From IMG/VR virus record IMGVR_UViG_3300032401_000004: a DNA stretch of 20,000 nt. The stretch is one strand, 5' to 3'. The position numbers were made by a program, and so were the translations under genes. The notes under the pieces were generated by a model. It saw nothing but the letters and a program-made list of their open reading frames with translations, ran no database searches and had not been told where the DNA came from. This stretch comes from an uncultured virus (IMG/VR IMGVR_UViG_3300032401_000004) (taxonomy: Duplodnaviria; Heunggongvirae; Uroviricota; Caudoviricetes). Shown piece by piece: positions 16,630 to 20,000 of the stretch (positions are counted from its first letter, which is position 1; each line of letters opens with the position of its first letter).

Positions 16630-16994
16630 ACACCTCACGCAGACAGTTCTTGCAGCTCTTCAGCGCGGCCGTGGCGGCTGCTGCGGTGCTGCCGAAGTCC
16701 ACGTTGTGGATGCCCGACGAGGAGGAGCCTCGCGTGCGTCGCTACTGGCAGGTGGGCGACGTGCGACACAGCGGCTACTTCCCTGCGGTGCAGAAGCCAG
16801 GGGGGATGGTGCCTATGCCCGGTGAGCCGGGGTTATTCATGGACGCAGCCACCGGGCAGGTGCTCAACATCCGGGACTTCAAAGAGAGCGACAAGTGGGA
16901 TACGATCGTGATCCAGGCGGGCAACGTCCGCCCCAACACAGCGTTCTCGTTCTTTGCGGACATTCAAGCGAAGAACCAAGTTCTCGCGTACTAA
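16626..16994 (+). CDS. Protein with a twin-arginine (Tat) signal-like N-terminus, 122 aa
   Basis: SRRQFL followed by hydrophobic FSAAVAAAAVL; ATGA overlap. Confidence 0.7.
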   Translation: MNTSRRQFLQLFSAAVAAAAVLPKSTLWMPDEEEPRVRRYWQVGDVRHSGYFPAVQKPGGMVPMPGEPGLFMDAATGQVLNIRDFKESDKWDTIVIQAGNVRPNTAFSFFADIQAKNQVLAY

Positions 16995-17002
16995 GGTGCA
17001 GC

Positions 17003-17218
17003 ATGGATAAGAAAAAGAAGATCCCCGCGTGCGCTGCCAAGCAGCTCTTGAAGGCAAGAGGCATCGACTTCAAGAAGGACTACTTCGCGCTGCGCGGCAG
17101 CGAAGTGGAGATCGTGCTCGATGTGGCGAAGGCCGCAGGCTACCGCAAGAGCAAGAGCGCGCCGGGCAGCAAGGCTCGCATGTGCTATGAGTACCTGGAC
17201 CGCAAGCGCGGCTGCTAA
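17003..17218 (+). CDS. Small basic hypothetical protein, 71 aa
   Basis: AAGGTG RBS before ATG 17003; Lys/Arg-rich. Confidence 0.7.
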   Translation: MDKKKKIPACAAKQLLKARGIDFKKDYFALRGSEVEIVLDVAKAAGYRKSKSAPGSKARMCYEYLDRKRGC

Positions 17219-17793
17219 CGCCACGACACCCACGTGACCTCAGGCTTGTCAGGCAGCGTGGACTGCCTGCGCACGGCTTCGAGGGCCACGTAGTCGTACG
17301 CGGGCGTGAACTTCGTCGTCAGCCCCATCGGCCCCAGGAACTTCGGCCGGTTCTTGAAGTACGCGATGCGCGTCAACGCCACGCTGCTCCAGCACACCTC
17401 GAAGCGTTCGCCGCCGTGCAGTGCACTGGTGCGAACCAATGCGCACACCCGAGGAGCCCAGTGCAGCGCCCGCTCGATGAACGTGCCCTCGCCTGCGTCG
17501 TTGTAGGGTGGGTTGCTAACTGCAACGTCCGCGACGTGGCGCTCAGGCGCAGGCAGCGCCAGGAAGTCGCCGCAGACCACCGTGGCGTCCGGCCGCCAGT
17601 AGCGCAGCTCTGCAGCGCGCTCGGGGTCCAGCTCGAACGCAAGTACGCCGCTACGCCCGAGCGGGATGAGTGCGCCCTCCCCCGCTGCAGGCTCCAGCAC
17701 GACGTCGCCAGGTGACACGCGGGACCACTGCCAGAACGCGGCAGCCACGCTCGGCGGCGTGAGCCACTGAGATAGACTCTCCTGGAGGTCCAT
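17215..17793 (-). CDS. Amino (N6-adenine type) DNA methyltransferase, minimal 192 aa
   Basis: Motif I VLEPAAGEGAL, FELD, GDFL, motif IV NPPY. Confidence 0.88.
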   Translation of the reverse strand: MDLQESLSQWLTPPSVAAAFWQWSRVSPGDVVLEPAAGEGALIPLGRSGVLAFELDPERAAELRYWRPDATVVCGDFLALPAPERHVADVAVSNPPYNDAGEGTFIERALHWAPRVCALVRTSALHGGERFEVCWSSVALTRIAYFKNRPKFLGPMGLTTKFTPAYDYVALEAVRRQSTLPDKPEVTWVSWR

Positions 17794-17800
17794 AGGGCCT

Positions 17801-18013
17801 CTACGTCTGCGGTTCGGAGATCATCCTCAAGAGTTTGTCAGCTTTCACCGGACCCCACTCGCAGATTCTCAGCAGGTGCCCCGCACGGGGCTCGGTGCCT
17901 GCCTCCCAGCGGCTGATCGTCGGAGAAGACAGCTGAAGTTGCTCGGCGGCTTGCGTCTGCGTGAGGTTTCTCTTTTCGCGCGTGGCGCGAAACCAAAGAG
18001 CGAAGGCTTCCAT
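17801..18013 (-). CDS. XRE-family HTH transcriptional regulator, 70 aa
   Basis: REKRNLTQTQAAEQLQLSSPTISRWEAG..P. The start is reassigned to ATG 18013 from the promoter position and domain boundary. Confidence 0.9.
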   Translation of the reverse strand: MEAFALWFRATREKRNLTQTQAAEQLQLSSPTISRWEAGTEPRAGHLLRICEWGPVKADKLLRMISEPQT

Positions 18014-18020
18014 GTGCGCG

Positions 18021-18063
18021 ACTGTATCAATACGCTTGCGAAAGCGCAATACTTGGGTATCCT
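18021..18063. promoter_or_regulatory. Overlapping divergent promoters with operator-like repeats
   Basis: Minus strand: TTGCGC (18049-18044)-17-TACAGT (18026-18021). Plus strand: TTGCGA (18036-18041)-16-TATCCT (18058-18063). Confidence 0.65.
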
Positions 18064-18070
18064 GGGGCGG

Positions 18071-18364
18071 ATGGACAACCCCGCCGATCCGCCTACTCCC
18101 CCCGCCAACGGCTCCGAGGACCAAAAAAAGCAACTTCTACGCAACGTCCACACCCTCCTGCAGGAGCTGATCGGCTTCACGCAGGACATCGACACCCCGA
18201 CATTGCTGCTCGCTGCCGAGTCCCTCATCGCTTTCAGGGCCGCCAAAGACACCATGTCGTTGCAAGAGTTGATGAACAACTTGCTTTCGAACATGCCCCA
18301 GATGTACGCCATCGCCCTGGAGGCTCAGGAAGAGCAAGAGCCTTTAGTCGTCCTCAAAGCCTGA
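18071..18364 (+). CDS. Hypothetical helical protein, 97 aa
   Basis: Start placed at ATG 18071 to avoid overlap with the XRE gene and promoters. Confidence 0.65.
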   Translation: MDNPADPPTPPANGSEDQKKQLLRNVHTLLQELIGFTQDIDTPTLLLAAESLIAFRAAKDTMSLQELMNNLLSNMPQMYAIALEAQEEQEPLVVLKA

Positions 18365-18375
18365 AGAGGTACAAC

Positions 18376-18582
18376 ATGAATGCCAATATCGCTGTCCAGA
18401 TGAAGATCCGCATTCACGAACTGGCGGAAAACCAACTGCTGATCCTGAGTGAGAGTGACCGTGAGTTTGTCATGGGCCTCGCACTGCTGCTGGAGATGGA
18501 CGAAGGCATCGACATCCAGCACGCGCAGCGCGTCGGTAAAATCTACGACGAGGTCTTGAGTTACTCTTTCAACAACGGTTGA
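18376..18582 (+). CDS. Hypothetical protein, 68 aa
   Basis: GAGGT RBS; LSESDREFV motif. Confidence 0.65.
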   Translation: MNANIAVQMKIRIHELAENQLLILSESDREFVMGLALLLEMDEGIDIQHAQRVGKIYDEVLSYSFNNG

Positions 18583-18690
18583 GAAAGTTTTCTCTTGAAA
18601 CTGTTTTCGTTTGCGCATATGAATAGCTGACGGCGGCCCAACGTCCCCTGGACACCTGGCCTGTGTTGGGCCTGCAAGGAGTCACGTTTC

Positions 18691-19554
18691 ATGGCTAAGT
18701 CAGCTCTCGAAGGCACCAGGCTTAATGCGTTCGGCATGGATCCGAATGATCTGACGATCATCGGGCTCGACACCAAGGACGGTCCCGAGCACCCGCTCTA
18801 TGACCCGCGCGTGCTCGCACCCCTCGAAGAGTCGATGGTGTTGTCGATCATGACACACGGCGTGCTGGAGCCCGTGAAGGTCCGCAAGGACGGAAAGAAC
18901 GTGGAGGTCGTCTTCGGCCGACGCCGCGTCATGCACGCCCGTGAGGCCAATAAACGCCTCAAGAAGCAAGGTGACGAGCCCATCCATGTGGCCTGCATGC
19001 TGGAGCGCAGCAAAGACGTGATGGGCGTGGCCATCACGGAGAACGAGATCCGCAAGGACGACCTGCTCTCGGCCAAGGCTGAGAAGTTGGTGCGCTACTT
19101 GGCCACTGGCAAGAGCGAAGAAGACGCCGCCGTCGCGTTCGGCGTGACGATGCAGTCCATCCGCAACTGGCTCAAGATCTCGGAGCTGGACACCTCGGTC
19201 GTCAAGGCCATCGACAAGGGGCAGATCAAAGCCTCGGCAGCGTGGAACCTCGCAGGGCTCGCCCGCGAGGAACAGAAACAAGAGCTGGAAAAGCTGCTTT
19301 CCGAGGCGGGTGGTGGGCGCATCACGGCCAAGAAGACCAAGGCCGCCGCCAAGAAGAAGGACGACGGCGAAGAGAGCTACGCGCCTGGCAAGCGCATCAT
19401 CAACAAGGTGCTCAAGCTCAACAAGGCTTCAGGCGGCACGCTTCCGTCGGACTTCGTGCGCGGCGTGCTCTGGGTGTTCGGCGAGACCAACCCGAGCCTT
19501 GTCAAGGGACTGACCGGCTTCATCAAGGAAGCCAGCGGCGAGACCGAAGAGTAA
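18691..19554 (+). CDS. ParB/Srx N-terminal domain protein with an HTH
   Basis: SIMTHGVLEPVKV, VVFGRRR (GxRR), ITENEIRKD, HTH-like AAVAFGVTMQSIRNWL; AAGGAG RBS. Confidence 0.85.
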   Translation: MAKSALEGTRLNAFGMDPNDLTIIGLDTKDGPEHPLYDPRVLAPLEESMVLSIMTHGVLEPVKVRKDGKNVEVVFGRRRVMHAREANKRLKKQGDEPIHVACMLERSKDVMGVAITENEIRKDDLLSAKAEKLVRYLATGKSEEDAAVAFGVTMQSIRNWLKISELDTSVVKAIDKGQIKASAAWNLAGLAREEQKQELEKLLSEAGGGRITAKKTKAAAKKKDDGEESYAPGKRIINKVLKLNKASGGTLPSDFVRGVLWVFGETNPSLVKGLTGFIKEASGETEE

Positions 19555-19590
19555 CGAAGACCCAACATACCAACGTATTAGAAGGACAAC

Positions 19591-19881
19591 ATGAAGATCC
19601 AGCCCCTGCACGACAACGTCATCGTCTCCCCCAACGCCGCTGCCACTCAGACGGCGGGCGGTCTCTACATTCCCGACAACGCGGCCGAGAAGGTCACGCA
19701 GGGCAAGGTGCTCGCCGTGGGCCCTGGCCGCACGCTCGACAACGGCACGGTGAAAGCCTTGGCTGTGAGGGTCGGGGACGAAGTGCTCTACGGTAAATAC
19801 ACAGGCACCGAGTTGGAACTGGGCGGCGAGAAGACGCTCGTGCTCTGCGAGAGTGACATCCTCGGCATCGTGAAAAGCTGA
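19591..19881 (+). CDS. groES: Co-chaperonin GroES
   Basis: PLHDNVIV, mobile loop TAGGLYIPD, GKVLAVGPG, VGDEVLYGKYTGTE, ESDILG. Confidence 0.97.
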   Translation: MKIQPLHDNVIVSPNAAATQTAGGLYIPDNAAEKVTQGKVLAVGPGRTLDNGTVKALAVRVGDEVLYGKYTGTELELGGEKTLVLCESDILGIVKS

Positions 19882-20000
19882 TGGCCCACAACGAAGAACA
19901 CCTCGACGTGTCCTCGATTCAAGTCGAGATTCTGTTCCGGTACATGTACGCCATGATGCGCGTGACCCCCGAGAACCTGCCGCACGCGGTGTTCAAGATC
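19881..20000 (+). CDS. Hypothetical protein, 3'-truncated (MAHNEEHLDVSS...)
   Basis: TGATG overlap with the groES stop; open to the window end; not GroEL-like. Confidence 0.55.
   Translation, partial: MAHNEEHLDVSSIQVEILFRYMYAMMRVTPENLPHAVFKI

Noticed and set aside
17876..18133. Long N-terminal extensions of the XRE ORF and the opposite-strand 162 aa ORF
   Set aside because: They overlap each other and the promoter region; starts at 18013 and 18071 resolve this.
8348..18617. CGTTTGCGCA shared by two promoter regions (8348-8357 and 18608-18617)
   Set aside because: A single 10-mer match is within chance expectation; more copies would be needed.
1..20000. CRISPR array or mini-array linked to the Cas4-like gene
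   Set aside because: No regularly spaced direct repeats of 20 nt or more were seen; the gaps contain hairpins and motifs of 12 nt or less.

Overview
This 20 kb, GC-rich, gene-dense window looks like part of a dsDNA bacteriophage or prophage. No capsid, terminase or integrase is recognisable here, so lifestyle and host are undetermined. From left to right: (i) the 3' part of a sulfotransferase gene converging on a beta-rich hypothetical gene; (ii) a primase/SF3-helicase gene divergent from a roughly 13 kb translationally coupled cluster encoding a Cas4-like Fe-S exonuclease, SF2 helicase, SSB-like protein, HNH nuclease, DUF4406-like protein, family A DNA polymerase, DUF1599/Nmad1-like protein, M15 endolysin, orphan HicA-like protein and a Tat-signal protein; (iii) an XRE regulator plus orphan amino-methyltransferase behind a compact divergent promoter switch; (iv) a ParB-like gene and a stand-alone groES. 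The least explained signal is non-coding. Nearly every longer intergenic gap folds into an extended, often G-U-supported hairpin, and a TGYAGGGG motif recurs in these gaps. The loop of the hairpin upstream of the HNH gene is complementary to the ribosome-binding regions of both divergent replication genes and to the 87-nt hairpin between them. All protein calls come from motif recognition by eye, not database searches.
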